A stretch of DNA of 64,000 nt, taken from assembly GCF_006345805.1 (NCBI RefSeq), contig NW_021833115.1, forward strand, positions 30,696-94,695, given 5' to 3'. Made by a program: the position numbers and the translations under genes. The number at the start of each line of letters is the position of its first letter. The first letter of the stretch is position 1. Origin of the DNA: Octopus sinensis (Eukaryota). This document shows, piece after piece, positions 12,150 to 35,296 of the stretch. The notes under the pieces were generated by a model. It saw only the letters and a program-made list of their open reading frames with translations, was not told the origin of the DNA and did not search any database.

Positions 12150-12292
12150 ATCCTACGCAGAACACATCTTACGCAGAACACTTTCCATACAATAACCATC
12201 AGAGCATCACAACAAATCACAGCACATACCCAAGGCACACAGAGCTGCGCTCGGTAGTGAAGTGAAAGCACGCTATAAAAATAAAACTACTA
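12150..12292 (+). mobile_element. R4/Dong-type 3' end (family 3)
   Basis: Same 3' UTR as 19553-19763, 52858-53216(-) and 63682-64000(-), which encode ALLGTAHILRR. Confidence 0.85.
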
Positions 12293-12330
<38 letters not shown>

Positions 12331-12370
12331 TAATAATAATAATAATAAAATATTATTATTATAATAATAA

Positions 12371-12870
12371 AAGCACTGGCTCTTCTGGCTGATTAGAAGT
12401 GTTATATACATGTTTTGTCTTGGTAGAAAAGATGAGCTACAGCAAATGTTCTGCTCAGTACTATAGATTTGCTTGTCAGTTGATTGACCTTCACCAGTTG
12501 AGCATGTCCCTTCGTGGCTGACGATATGTGCATCTCTGATCACGAGCAGAAGTAGTAGGGGAGCGTCATAGCCATGTATTGAGAGGAATTCTTTAGGGTT
12601 TGGATAATTCACTTCTGGAAACATCCTTAAACAACCTTTATTCAGGGACTTTCTGTGTGGAATGTGCTACTCGACTAGAAAATTCTAACTGGGCCCCACC
12701 TGCAAGGTCATGTGTTGTTTACCTTGATATGAGATCACCATGTCGTGCACATATGGTTGTGATGCCTGTGCCTAGTGTACCCTTATCAGACAGGTAGTCA
12801 TGATGGGTATATTCGGCTTCGTATATTTTACCCCAGTGTCACTTTGATGGCATGCACTGCTCTCTCACTC
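12371..12870 (+). mobile_element. Element A, diverged copy with internal deletion
   Basis: Colinear with 12941-13496, (AAT)n on both sides. Confidence 0.85.
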
Positions 12871-12925
<55 letters not shown>

Positions 12926-12940
12926 TAATTATAATAATAA

Positions 12941-13496
12941 ATGCCCTGATGCAGTACCAGGCAGTGGCTCTCAAGGCTTCTGATCTTAACTGATTGGAAG
13001 TGTTATCATGTACATAGTTTTGTCTTGGTATATAAGATGGGCTACAGCAAATATTCTGCTCAATACCACAGATTTGCTTGTCAGTTGTTTGACCTTAACC
13101 AGTTGAGCATGTCCCTTGGTGGCTGACGATATGTGCATCTCTGATCACGAGCAGAAGTAGTGGGGGAGCATCATAGCCATGTGTTGAGAGGGATTCTTTG
13201 GGGTTTGAATAATTCACCTCTGGAAACATGGGTGGTTCTTTCAACATCCTTAAACAAACCTTATTCAGGGACCTTTTGAGCGCGATGGGCTACTCGACCT
13301 GAAGAAAATTCAAACTGAACCCCACCTGCAAGGTCATGCGCTGTTTATCTTGATATGAGATCACCATGTCGCGTACATATGGTTGTGATGCATGTGCCTG
13401 GTGTACCCTTATCAGACGGGTAGTCATGATGGGTATATTGGGCTTCGTATATTTTACTCCAGTGTCACTTTGATGGCATGAACTGCTCTCTCACTC
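12941..13496 (+). mobile_element. Element A, full length (556 bp)
   Basis: Starts ATGCCCTGATGCAG, ends CTCTCTCACTC followed by (AAT)n; same ends at 17765-18320. Confidence 0.9.
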
Positions 13497-13517
13497 AATA
13501 ATAATAATAATACTAAT

Positions 13518-13551
<34 letters not shown>

Positions 13552-13611
13552 TAATATAATAATAATAATGGTGATGAATGACGATGGCGATGACGATGAT
13601 GATGACGATGT

Positions 13612-13659
<48 letters not shown>

Positions 13660-13927
13660 CGACGATGATGATGGTTGCGATAGCGGTTTTAGTGGTTGTG
13701 CTGATACTCATGACGATAATGCTGATGACGATGATGATGACAATAATAACGGGCGAAATGCTTAACAGTATTTCCTCTGTCGCTGCGGTTCTGAGTTCAA
13801 ATTCTGCCGAGGTCGACTGTGCCTTTCATACTTTCGGGGTCGATTAAATAAGTACAAGTTTCGCACTGGGGTCGATGTAATCGACTTAACCCCCTCCTCC
13901 CCCAAGTTGCCATTGTGGCAAAATTTG

Positions 13928-13982
<55 letters not shown>

Positions 13983-14078
13983 TATTATTATTATTATTAT
14001 TATTATTACTACTATTATTACTATTATTATTAATATTATTATTATTATTATCATTATTATCATCATTATTATTATTAA

Positions 14079-14140
<62 letters not shown>

Positions 14141-14141
14141 G

Positions 14142-14203
<62 letters not shown>

Positions 14204-14276
14204 CCTCTTTCTTCAAATTTCCTTCCGTTTCTCGCCGAGTGTTTTCCGTACACCTAGGGCAGAGAAGCTCATTATT

Positions 14277-14311
<35 letters not shown>

Positions 14312-14341
14312 TATTATTATTATTATTATTATTATTACTAA

Positions 14342-14380
<39 letters not shown>

Positions 14381-14392
14381 CATTATATTATT

Positions 14393-14485
<93 letters not shown>

Positions 14486-14523
14486 ATTATTATTATTATT
14501 GTTGTTGTTGTTATTATTATTAA

Positions 14524-14554
<31 letters not shown>

Positions 14555-15129
14555 GGCATCATGTTGCCTTCGCATGTAAATGTTAATCGTGAAAGCAATG
14601 TGTGTGTGTGTGGGGGGGGGGGGCGGTGGAACTGGCTGTGACTGTGTTGGGTGGTGGGATGGGTGGTAGGGGGAGGAGATGGACGGCGAAGCGGTGGAGT
14701 AGACTACACTGAACAGTGTTTTTTTTTTCCAAGTGTGGGAACAGATTGTTGGCGGACAAGAAAATGGAAAATAATGATGCAAACGAGGAAGTCATTGACC
14801 TTTCTTTGAAGACTTCTTTACAAGACACACAGACAGACAAAAGGATATTAAGATAGGCAGAAGGAGAGGGAAAGAGAGAGAGGGGGAGAGAGAAAGAAAG
14901 TGTGGGTCTGTGAGAGAGAGAGAGAGAGAGTGGTTTGGGTAGAAATATGAATTAGTAAATGATGGAATATTTCAGACTGAAAGTTTTAAATAATATTGGA
15001 AGGTGGTGGTGGTGGGGGGGGGAGAAGGAAGATAAGAAAGAAAGACGGAAGGAAGAAGATGAAGATTATGGTAATGAGGAGGATGGTTATGACGGTGACG
15101 TAGACGGTGGCGGCGACGGTGACGATGAC

Positions 15130-15500
15130 GACGAAGAAGACGAAGAAGACGAAGAAGAAGAAGACGAAGAAGAAGGAGAAGAAGAAGGAGAAGAAGAAGA
15201 AGAAGAAGAAGAAGAAGAAGAAGAAGAAGAAGAAGAAGCAGAAGACGAAGAAGAAGAAGAAGAAGAAGAGAAAGAAGAAGACGAAGAAGTCGAAGAAGAA
15301 GACGAAGAAAAAGAAGAAGACGAAGAGGAAGACGAAGAAGAAGAAGAAGAAGAAGAAGGAGAAGAAGGAGAAGAAGACGAAGAAGAAGAAGACGACGACG
15401 ATGACGAAGAAGAAGAAGAAGAAGATGAAGAAAAAGAAGACGATGACGACGATGACGAAGAAAAAGAAGACAAAGAAGAAGAAGAAGGAGAAGAAAACGA
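15130..15500. repeat. (GAA)/(GAC) compound microsatellite
   Basis: Direct reading. Confidence 0.97.
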
Positions 15501-16103
15501 CAGCAAAGTAGAAAAACACGAAAAGGAGAAGGAGGGAGAGGAGGAGGAAGTAGAGGAGGAGGAGGTGGAAGAGGAAGTCGATCATATTTTAGAGGGCAGA
15601 GGTAAGCAGATAACTAAGAAAACAAGTACAAAAAAAAATTTGGAAGGAGATGTAAACAGAAAATTTCAATAAAGAAACAAAATAAATAAATAAATGCAAT
15701 CCATCATCAAAATCTAAAAATAAACTGCAACTGGTTATCTGACCTCGTGACCTTTAATATTCATAAAATCATGTTGAGTTCTATTAACATTTCACTGTTT
15801 CAACTTCTTGGTCATTGTATTACAAAAGAAAGCGTTGAGGAGATTTTCCAATATAGCATTCATTGATAAAAAATATATATTATTATACTGAAAATATTAT
15901 TCTGGCGATTTATTTTTTTATTATTATTTAGATTATTGGATTAACATATTGGCAAGATTGACCGTCTGTTCATTCTTTGGTAAAGAAAATCGGGTAGATT
16001 TCTTATTTTTTCCTTGCGGCTATGGTGAAGATAGTCATAAGGTGAACGCGGATGAAAAAAACGTTTGACAGCCTTTATAAGATTGTTTGAATATCATTTG
16101 AAG

Positions 16104-17090
16104 TTAGCGGTATTTCGTCTGCCGTTACGTTCTGAGTTCAAATTCCGCCGAGGTCGACTTTGCCTTTCATCCTTCCGGGGTCGACTAAATAAGTACCAGT
16201 TACGCACTGGGGTCGATGTAATCGACTTAATCTGTTTGTGTGTCCTTGCTTGTCCCTTCTGTATTTAGCCCCTGGTGTATAGTAAAGAAATAGGTATTTC
16301 GTCTGCCGTTACGTTCTGAGTTCAAATTCCGCCGAGGCTGACTTTACCTTTCATCCTTTCGGGGTCGATAAATTAAATACCAGTTACGCACTCGAGTCGA
16401 TATAATTGACTTAATCCCTTTGTGTGTCCTTGTTTGTCCCTTCTGTGTTTAGCCCCTTGTGGGTAGTAAAGAAATAGGTATCTCGTCTGCCGTTACGTTC
16501 TGAGTTCAAATTCCACCGAAGTCGACTTTGCCTTTCATCCTTTCGGGGTCGATTAAATAAGTACCAGTTACGCACTGGGGTCGATGTAATCGACTTAATC
16601 TGTTTGTCTGTCCTTGTTTGTCCCTTCTGTGTTTAGCCCCTGGTGTATAGTAAAGAAATAGGTATTTCGTCTGCCGTTACGTTCTGAGTTCAAATTCCGC
16701 CGAGGCCGACTTTGCCTTTCATCCTTTCGGGGTCGATAAATTAAATACCAGCTACGCACTCGAGTCGATATAATCGACTTAATCCCTTTGTGTGTCCTTG
16801 TTTGTCCCTTCTGTGTTTAGCCCCTGTGGGTAGTAAAGAAATAGGTATCTCGTCTGCCGTTACGTTCTGAGTTAAAATTCCGCCGAGGTTTACTTTGCCT
16901 TTCATCCATCCTTTCGGAGTCGATAAATTAAGTACCAGTTACGCACTGGGGTCGATATAATCGACTTAATCCGTTTATCTGTCCTTGTTTGTCCTCTCTG
17001 TGTTTAGGGTTAGTTCCGCACTGGCGTAGACCTCAACGACTGGTCCCCTCCCCCAAAATTTCGGATCTTGTGCCTAGAGTAGAAAAGAAA
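16104..17090 (+). repeat. Head-to-tail array of five 184-bp Meta-like SINE bodies
   Basis: Target 16-mer at 16109, 16293, 16477, 16661 and 16844; the array ends in a tail1 remnant. Confidence 0.92.
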
Positions 17091-17295
17091 AGAATATGAC
17101 TTGAAGAAAAAGTAGGGTGGTAAAAAAAAGGGAGGTGCTGCCCTCCGTAAGAATGGCAAAATCGACGTGACGAACTGCCAAATGGCAACGCTGAACCGCT
17201 TAGGAGCTATGGTGAACAGACTTGTGGCTATGTTGACCAAGACACAGACACGCAGAATAATAATAATAATAATGATAATCATAATAATGATGTTG

Positions 17296-17345
<50 letters not shown>

Positions 17346-17346
<1 letters not shown>

Positions 17347-17685
17347 TGAAGGCGCATGGCTCAGTGATTAAAGCGTCGAGCTTACGATCGTGAGGTTGTG
17401 AGTTCGAATCTCGGACAGGACTGCGTGTTGTGTTCTTGAGCAAAACACTTTATTTCACGTTGCTCCAGTTCACTCAGCTGTAGAAATGAGTTACGACGTC
17501 ACAGGTGCCAAGCTGTATCGACCCCTTTGCCTTTCCCTTGCATAACACTGGTGGCGTGGAGAGGGGAGGCCGGTATGCATGGGCGACTGCTGGCCTTCCA
17601 TAAACAACCTTGCCCAGACTTGTACCTTGGAGGGTAACTTTCTAGGTGCAAACCCATGGTCAGTGTCATGACCGAAGTGGGTCAC
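17346..17685 (+). mobile_element. tRNA-derived SINE (separate family)
   Basis: A box TGGCTCAGTG, B box GTTCGAATC, (CAA)n tail. Confidence 0.8.
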
Positions 17686-17728
17686 AACAACAACAACAAC
17701 AACAATAATAATAATAATAATAATATAA

Positions 17729-17759
<31 letters not shown>

Positions 17760-17764
17760 AATAA

Positions 17765-18320
17765 ATGCCCTGATGCAGTACCAGGCAGAGGCTCTCATGG
17801 CTTCTGATCTTAACTGATTGGAAGTGTTATCATGTACATTGTTTTGTCTTGGTATAAAAGATGGGCTACAGCAAATATTCTGCTCAATACCACAGATTTG
17901 CTTGTCAGTTGTTTGACCTTAACCAGTTGAGCATGTCCCTTGGTGGCTGACGATATGTGCATCTCTGATCACGAGCAGAAGTAGTGGGGGAGCATCATAG
18001 CCATGTGTTGAGAGGGATTCTTTGGGGTTTGAATAGTTCACCTCTGGAAACATGGGTGGTTCTTTCAACATCCTTAAACAACCCTTATTCAGAGACCGTT
18101 TGAACGGGATGGGCTACTCAACCTGAAGAAAATTCTAACTGGGCCCCACCTGCAAGGTCATGTGCTGTTTATCTTGATATGAGATCACCATGTCGCGCAC
18201 ATATGGTTGTGATGCATGTGCCTGGTGTACCCTTATCAGACGGGTAGTCATGATGGGTATACCGGGTTTCGCATATTTTACCCCTGTGTCACTTTGATGG
18301 CATGTACTGCTCTCTCACTC
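17765..18320 (+). mobile_element. Element A, full length (556 bp)
   Basis: Same termini as 12941-13496, inside (AAT)n. Confidence 0.9.
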
Positions 18321-18378
<58 letters not shown>

Positions 18379-18583
18379 GTATCAAATTTTGTCACAATTC
18401 TTGAAATTTTGGGAGAGAAAAGCTTGTTTACCAGCCACATGGTTCCGGGTTCAGTCCCACTGCTTGGCACCTTGGGCAATTGTCTTCTACTATAGCCTCA
18501 GGCCGACCAAAATTTTATGAGTGGATTTGGTAGACGGAAACTGAAAGAAGGCCGACATATGTGTGTGCGTGTATTGAAACGAC

Positions 18584-19045
18584 CTCGACGGAATTTGAAC
18601 TCAGAACGTCAAGGCATACGAAATACCTATTTCTTTACTACCCACAAGGGGCTAAACATAGAGGGGAACAAACAAGGACAGACATAGGTATTAAGTCGAT
18701 TACATCGACCCCAGTGCGTAACTGGTACTTAATTTATCGACCCCGAAAGGATGAAAGGTAAAGTCGACCTCGGCGGAATTTGAACTCAGAACGTAACGGC
18801 AGAGGAAATACCTATTTCTTTATTACCCACAAGGGGCTAAACATAGAGGGGGACAAACAAGGTCAAACATAGGTATTAAATCGATTACATCGACCCCTGT
18901 ACTTAACTGGTACTTAATTCATCGACCCCGAAAGGATGAAAGGTAAAGTCGACCTCGGCGGAATTTGAACTCAGAACGTAACGGCAGACGAAATACTGCT
19001 AAGCATTTCGCCCGGCGTGCTAACGATTCTGCCAGCTCGCCGCCT
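18584..19045 (-). repeat. Meta-like SINE array: head + two tail2 units + truncated third body
   Basis: Reverse-complement units joined at AAAGAAATAG|GTATTTC. Confidence 0.85.
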
Positions 19046-19489
19046 TCAGCCGAAATCACAGTCACAGACCATTTCAAACAGTAAGATTCGTTAAATTCAG
19101 ATTAAGTTAATCCTTCCTTCTTTGCGTAAATCTTAAATTTCTAAAACGCACACTTTATTCATTCATAATCTAATAGAAATCAGCTCTCTGAAATATCCAG
19201 ACTGCTACCATGCTCAACCTATTGTTAAAATCACATATATTTCCTCTCTCTCTGTCCCTCTGTCTTTTTACCACCACTCTCTCTATGTCTCTCTCTGGCA
19301 GTAAAAAATCGTCATTGCTTGGCAGTAAAAAATCATCTCTGGCAAAAATCATCATTGCTTGGAAGTGCAATAATTCTTTGCAGGGTTCTTGAAGCATGAC
19401 CAGGAAACAAATGTCACCTTAGTCTCTTGATTGTGAACAGCCGACTCTTTCCATCATACCCAGCAAAATAAGCTGTGAGTTTTCATCAC

Positions 19490-19552
<63 letters not shown>

Positions 19553-19556
<4 letters not shown>

Positions 19557-19760
19557 CAGACAAATACATAACAAAAACACCAGGACTTACAAGCACATAT
19601 AACATACAGAAAATCGCACTACTGGGCACTGCACACATCCTCCGCAGAACATTTTCAATACAGTAACCATCAGAGCATCACAACAAATCACAACACATAC
19701 CCAAGGCACACAGAGCTGCGCTCGGTAGGGAAGTGAAAGCATGGTATAAAAATAAAACTA

Positions 19761-19763
<3 letters not shown>
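19553..19763 (+). mobile_element. R4/Dong-type 3' fragment (family 3)
   Basis: KYITKTPGL..IQKIALLGTAHILRR then 3' UTR, between (AAT)n tracts. Confidence 0.88.
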
Positions 19764-19795
<32 letters not shown>

Positions 19796-19824
19796 TGATG
19801 ATGATGATGATGATAATAATAATG

Positions 19825-19909
<85 letters not shown>

Positions 19910-20006
19910 TGATGATGATGATGATGATGATGATAATAATAATGATAATAATAATAATATAATAATAATATTAATAATAATAATAATAATAATAGTAATA
20001 ATAATC

Positions 20007-29828
<9,822 letters not shown>

Positions 29829-30380
29829 ATCCCTGTGCAGTACCAGGCAGTGGCTCTCATGGCTTCTGATCTAACTGATTGGAAGTGTTATATCATTACA
29901 TTGGTTTGTCTTGGTATAAAAGAGTGCTACAGCAAATATTCTGCTCAATACCACAGATTTGCTTGTCATTGTTTGACCTTAACCAGTTGAGCATGTCCCT
30001 TAGTGGCTGACGATATGTGCATCTCTGTTCACGAGCAGAAGTAGTAGGGGAGCATCATAGCCATGTGTTGAGAGGGATTGTTTGGGGTTTGAATAATTCA
30101 CCTCTGGAAACATGGGTGGTTCTTTCAACATCCTTAAACATCCCTTATTCAGGGACCTTTTGAGCGGGATGGGCTACTCAACCTGAAGAAAATACTAACT
30201 GGGCCACACCTGCAAGATCATGTGCTGTTTATCTTGATATGAGATCACCATGTCGCGCACATATGGTTGTGATGCATGTGCCTGGTGTACCCTTATCAGA
30301 CGGGTAGTCATGATGGGTATATTGGGCTTCGTATATTTTACCCCAGTGTCATTTTGATGGCATGAACTGCTCTCTCACTC
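29829..30380 (+). mobile_element. Element A, near full length
   Basis: Colinear with the other copies, ends CTCTCTCACTC followed by (AAT)n. Confidence 0.88.
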
Positions 30381-30501
30381 AATAACAATAATAATAATAA
30401 GAAGAATGATGATAATAATGATAATAATAATAATAATGATAATAAAGATATTAATGATAATAATAACAACAACAACAATAATAATAATAATAATAATAAT
30501 A

Positions 30502-30543
<42 letters not shown>

Positions 30544-30545
<2 letters not shown>

Positions 30546-33168
30546 TCTGGGCAGAAGAAAAAACACACAACGAAAAGGCCCCCCTGGATTGACAGAATAT
30601 CTACAGAACTGGACCCCTTAGAAGAGCAAAAGGGGGAGGGTGTCAAGGTAGAAGATATAAGATCTGCTCTCAGGAGGTCAAGCAAATGGAAGTCTCCAGG
30701 AAAGGATAAAATTCCTAACTTCTGCTGAATGCCTTCCCAGAGAGCCATGAACTGCTAACAGAACTGTACAATGATGTTTTGCAACACCCTAGTAGGATGC
30801 CTCCTTGGCTAGTTAATGGGTTAACATTCCTGCTTCCAAAAAGTGAAGAAACAAATGAACCAAAAACTATAGACCCATAACCTGCTTAACAACTATGTAC
30901 AAAACACTAACATCTGTCCTGACGGAATATACCTATAGTTTTTTAACAGACAGCAGCATATTCCCTAATGAACAGAAAGGATGTAAACGTGGATCCTACG
31001 GCTGTAAAGACCAACTACTCATCAATAAGATGATCTTAGAAGATTGTCACAAACGACACAAAAACTTATCAATAGCCTGGATAGACTATAAAAAGGCTTT
31101 TGATAGCCTACCACATAGCTGGATTAGGAAATGCCTTGAAATGTATAAGATAGCACCAACTCTGCGAAACTTCTTGACTGTAAGTATGAGATCATGGAGA
31201 ACCACACTAACTCTGAACAGTGACAGTGAATCCCTAAATGCTGGTGATGTAAAAATTTCGTGTGGCATTTTCCAGGGTGACTCACTGTCACCACTCCTCT
31301 TTTGTTTATCCTTAATACCTCTCTCAAAGCTGCTCAATGACGCGCAGTACGGGTATATAAAATGTTTGATAAAAATATAAATCATCTCGTTTACATGGAT
31401 GATTTAAAGCTTTTTGCAAAAAATGATCAACAACTCAAGGGCTTACTAGCGATAGTCAAACAATTCAGTGACGACATCAGAATGCAATTCGGCCTCGATA
31501 AATGTGCAAAGGCTACCTTTATCAAAGGAAAAATGACAGAAACATCTAACGTTAACCTTGACCAACAGAATGTCATAAAAAAACTAGACCCAGCGGAGAG
31601 CTACAAGTACCTAGGGGTAATTGAAGGGAACGGAATAAGGCATTCAGAGATGAAGGAAAGGATCAGGAGAGAATGCTATCGAAGAGTGAGAGCAATACTC
31701 AAGACAGAGCTGAATGCAAGAAACAGGATCGAAGCAATCAATGCATTAGCTATACCAGTCGTGACTTACAGTTTCAATATTGTTAACTGGTCAATTACTG
31801 AAATATGTCAGCTCGACAGAAAAATAAGGAAACTGTTGACAATGCATAGAATGCACCACCCTAAGGCAGATACAGAACGACTCTATCTGCCAAGAAAAGA
31901 GGGAGGCCGTGTGGTCTTTTGCAACTGGCAATAACAATGAAGATTGCTACAATTGGCCTAGACACCTACCTGAAAAACTCTGAGGACTGGATGTTAAAAC
32001 TTGTCTCAAAACATGAAAACAAGAAAGCATCATACTCAGTCACAAAACAGGCAAAGGAATATCTAAGTGAATTCCGAATACAACCAATTTCGGAATTAGA
32101 GATAGACATACAAGAAACAAGCACAGAAAAAGCTAGGCGCATGAAAACCCGTGCCAAAACTGCGGCCTTAGATATTCTGAATAATAAATGGCAAGAAAAA
32201 CTCTCTACGGCAAATACCCAAAGAGAGCGAATAATGCAGATATCGACAAAGCCCTGACCCATCAATGGCTAATGGCCTCTGGCTTAAAATCTGAAACAGA
32301 GGGGTTTATCATAGCAGCTCAAGATCAATGCCTACCAACAAGAAACTACCAGGCCAACATATTAAAGATCAGAAGCAGTCCAACGTGTCGTGTATGCAAG
32401 CACAAAATGAAACCATTGACCATGTGGTCTCCAAGTGCAGTCTTCTAGCGCCTACAGAGTATCTCAACAGGCACGATAGAGCTGCACAATATATTCACTG
32501 GGTAATCTGTAAAAACCTGGATTTGCCCCATGAAAAAAACTGGTGGGAACACAAACCACCCCCAGTGCTTGAAAATGACCACATCTCACTCCTCTGGAAC
32601 TTCACCATTCAAACTGACAGGAAGATAGATGCAAATAGGCCAGACATCATATTGAAAGACTTCAAACAAAGAACATGCCTCCTCATTGATATGACTGTCC
32701 CAATCGATATAAACGTATCTGTCAGGACCTACCAAAAACTGAGCAAATATAAAGATCTTGAAATAGAAATCAGCAAAATGTGGAAGCTGAAGACTAAAAC
32801 AATACCTGTTGTCATAGGTGCCCTGGGAATGATAGCAAAAGGGGCTGATAGCTACCTAACTCAGATACCAGGAAACCCAAAAATGGCAGAAGTTCAAAAG
32901 ATAGTGCTCATGGGAACTGCTCATATCCTACGCAAAATACTCTCTATGTAACCTCAAGGTTAAAACAACCATAATTTTCGGTTTAAAAAAAAAAAAAAAA
33001 AAAAAACTTTTTTTTTTTAGACATTCATTAGTACAACATCCCCACCCCCCCAAATATATGGCACACTAGGCATAACAACAACATGAACTTCCAACCCTGT
33101 TGTCTCTTGAGGTCTCTGGGTGAGACTTGGAGCCAACTTGTACAAATATAAAGCAAAAGTCAAACATA

Positions 33169-33169
<1 letters not shown>
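30544..33169 (+). mobile_element. R4/Dong-type non-LTR retrotransposon (family 1), 5'-truncated and frameshifted: RT + CCHC + RLE
   Basis: NYRPITCL, DYKKAFDS, GIFQGDSLSPLLF, YMDDLKL, CRVC..H..C and RPDII..LID..KLSKYKDL; (TAA)n on both sides. Confidence 0.93.
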
Positions 33170-33209
<40 letters not shown>

Positions 33210-33997
33210 TGGCTCGATCTAATGGACTGACCTCCTCGTTTCAAATTTCAGGCTTTGTGCCTATAGTAGAAAGGATTATTATTATTGTTGTTGTTGTTAT
33301 TGTTTTCATTACCACCTTTTAATTCTGTTTTTATTTCTTGCCGGGTGTTTTACTGGCAACTAGGGCAGAGAAACTCACTGTATACATTGGCAAGCCATTA
33401 AAATAAGCACACCAGATTGTTCGTTTATAAAGTCATGTGATAGAAAAGAAAGGGAATGAAAAACAGAGACAAATGAAGTGCTCATACAATCGTCTTGAGA
33501 TTGTGTTCGTCTTGAGATTGTAATCGTGTTATAATCATATTGTAATCGTCTTGAGATGCCACATCTTTTCGATTTCGTTTACCAAATCTTTATATTTTCT
33601 GAGGTACAGGAGTGGCTGTGTGGTAAGGGTTCAGTCCCACTGCGTGGCATCTTGGGCAAGTGTCTTCTGCTGTAGCCCCGGGCCGACCAATGCCTTGTGA
33701 GTGGATTTGGCAGACGGAAACTGAAAGAAGCCTGTCGTATATATGTATATATATATATATATGTGTGTGTGCGTGTCTGGGTGGGTTTGTGTGTTTCGTT
33801 TGTCCCCCTAGCATTGCTTGACAACCGATGCTGGTGTGTTTATGTCCCCGTTACTTAGCGGTTCGGCAAAAGAGACCGATAGAATAAGTACTGGGCTTAC
33901 AAAAAGAATAAGTCCCGGGGTCGAGTTGCTCGATTAAAAGGCGGTGCTCCAGCATGGCTGCAGTCCAAATGACTGAAACAAGTAAAAGAGTAAGAGT

Positions 33998-34870
33998 ATC
34001 AAATTCTTTTGCCGAGATATTATGATCACAGGGTATGCTCATGTCAATCAATTTTCTCCCTCAATTACAGCTTCAGGGTCCAATTTGTTAGCAGTTTTGA
34101 TTTAATAATCCCGACACATTAACCAAATGTAGATATTGGCCAACGGTGTCGTGTTTTTATTTATACTCTACAGTTGCTAAATCCTTACACCCAGTGATTA
34201 GGTGATCCGCTGCTTCAATCCCTTCATTGCAGCATCGGCACTTTGGTTCTACTCAATTATTCATCACATTAACACGATAGTTCCGGGTCGATAAGCTCTG
34301 ATGTTGAGCAGCCAAGATAATGCCTTCACACCTTGCCTTTAGCCCTGAGCTCTGCAGCCACCGGTGAGTGTTCTGGTCTACATCAGCTTGTTTGCTACGG
34401 GCCACATATTTGCCATTCAGAGGTTTTGTTACCATGTATCAGCCAATTGTTCGAAAGCATTTTGTTTTGCTATTGATTTCACCTTCTTTGCAACTACAGT
34501 TGCCACACATCCATCATGCCGTTCAACCTGGGTATTATACATAAACTCGTTAGCTAATTGTTTGCTCTCCTTCATAACAGAATGAAGCTTCTTACGTCTT
34601 TCATAGTTTTCAATGAGCTTTAGCATCCAGTCGTTAGATGCTTCAAGATATTTTGCCAGTTCAATTGTAGTGGTTTTGAAAGAGATTTCAAATTGGATCA
34701 AGCCTCAACCTCCTTGAGCTCGGAGTAGGTAAAAACAATCTGCAACTGCCTTTGGACGGCTCATCTTATCGTAGGTCAGCAGCTTACAGATTTTCCAGTC
34801 AATCTTCCTTATTTCACTCATATTTCAATTCAACACATTGAAACTGTAAATAACAACTTGAACTGCATCT
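33998..34870 (-). mobile_element. Old degenerate R4/Dong-type fragment
   Basis: DWMLKLIE, LNGKY..THRWLQSSGLK..LAAQHQSLSTRNY and IDMSIPCDHNISAKEFD. Confidence 0.8.
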
Positions 34871-34894
34871 AACGTGCATATTATTATTATTATT

Positions 34895-35234
34895 ATTCTA
34901 TGTTTGACTTTTGTTTTACATTTGTACAAGTTGGCTCCAATTCTCACCCAGAGACTTCGAGAGACAAGTTGGAAGTTCATGTTGGTGTTATGCCTAGGGT
35001 GCCATATATTTGGTTTTGTACTTAGTGTTGTACTAGTGAATGTCTATCTTTTGAATTTCCTCCACTTTTGGGTTTCCTGGTATCTGAGTTAGGTAGCAAT
35101 CAGCCCCTTTTGCTATCATTCCCAGGGCACCTATGACAACAGGTATTGTTTTAGTCTTCAGGTTCCACATTTTGCTGATTTCTATTTCAAGATCTTTATA
35201 TTTGCTCAGTTTTTGGTAGGTCTTGACAGATACG

Positions 35235-35237
<3 letters not shown>
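34895..35237 (-). mobile_element. R4/Dong family 1 3' fragment
   Basis: Matches 32710-33169, (TTA)n flanks. Confidence 0.9.

Positions 35238-35296
<59 letters not shown>

Noticed and set aside
12941-13010. HDV-like or hammerhead ribozyme at the 5' end of element A
   Set aside because: I could not build P1/P2 pairings or a CUGANGA..GAAA core by eye; needs a covariance search.
14959-15672. 237-aa acidic ORF
   Set aside because: Translation of a (GAA)/(GAC) microsatellite; open in several frames and on both strands.
16104-17007. CRISPR-like regular repeat
   Set aside because: Units are contiguous 184-bp SINE bodies with no unique spacers, no cas genes, and a eukaryotic context.
32328-32951. 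Penelope GIY-YIG or cellular nuclease gene
   Set aside because: The RPD..D..K motif after CCHC and RT identifies the restriction-like endonuclease of an R4-type LINE.
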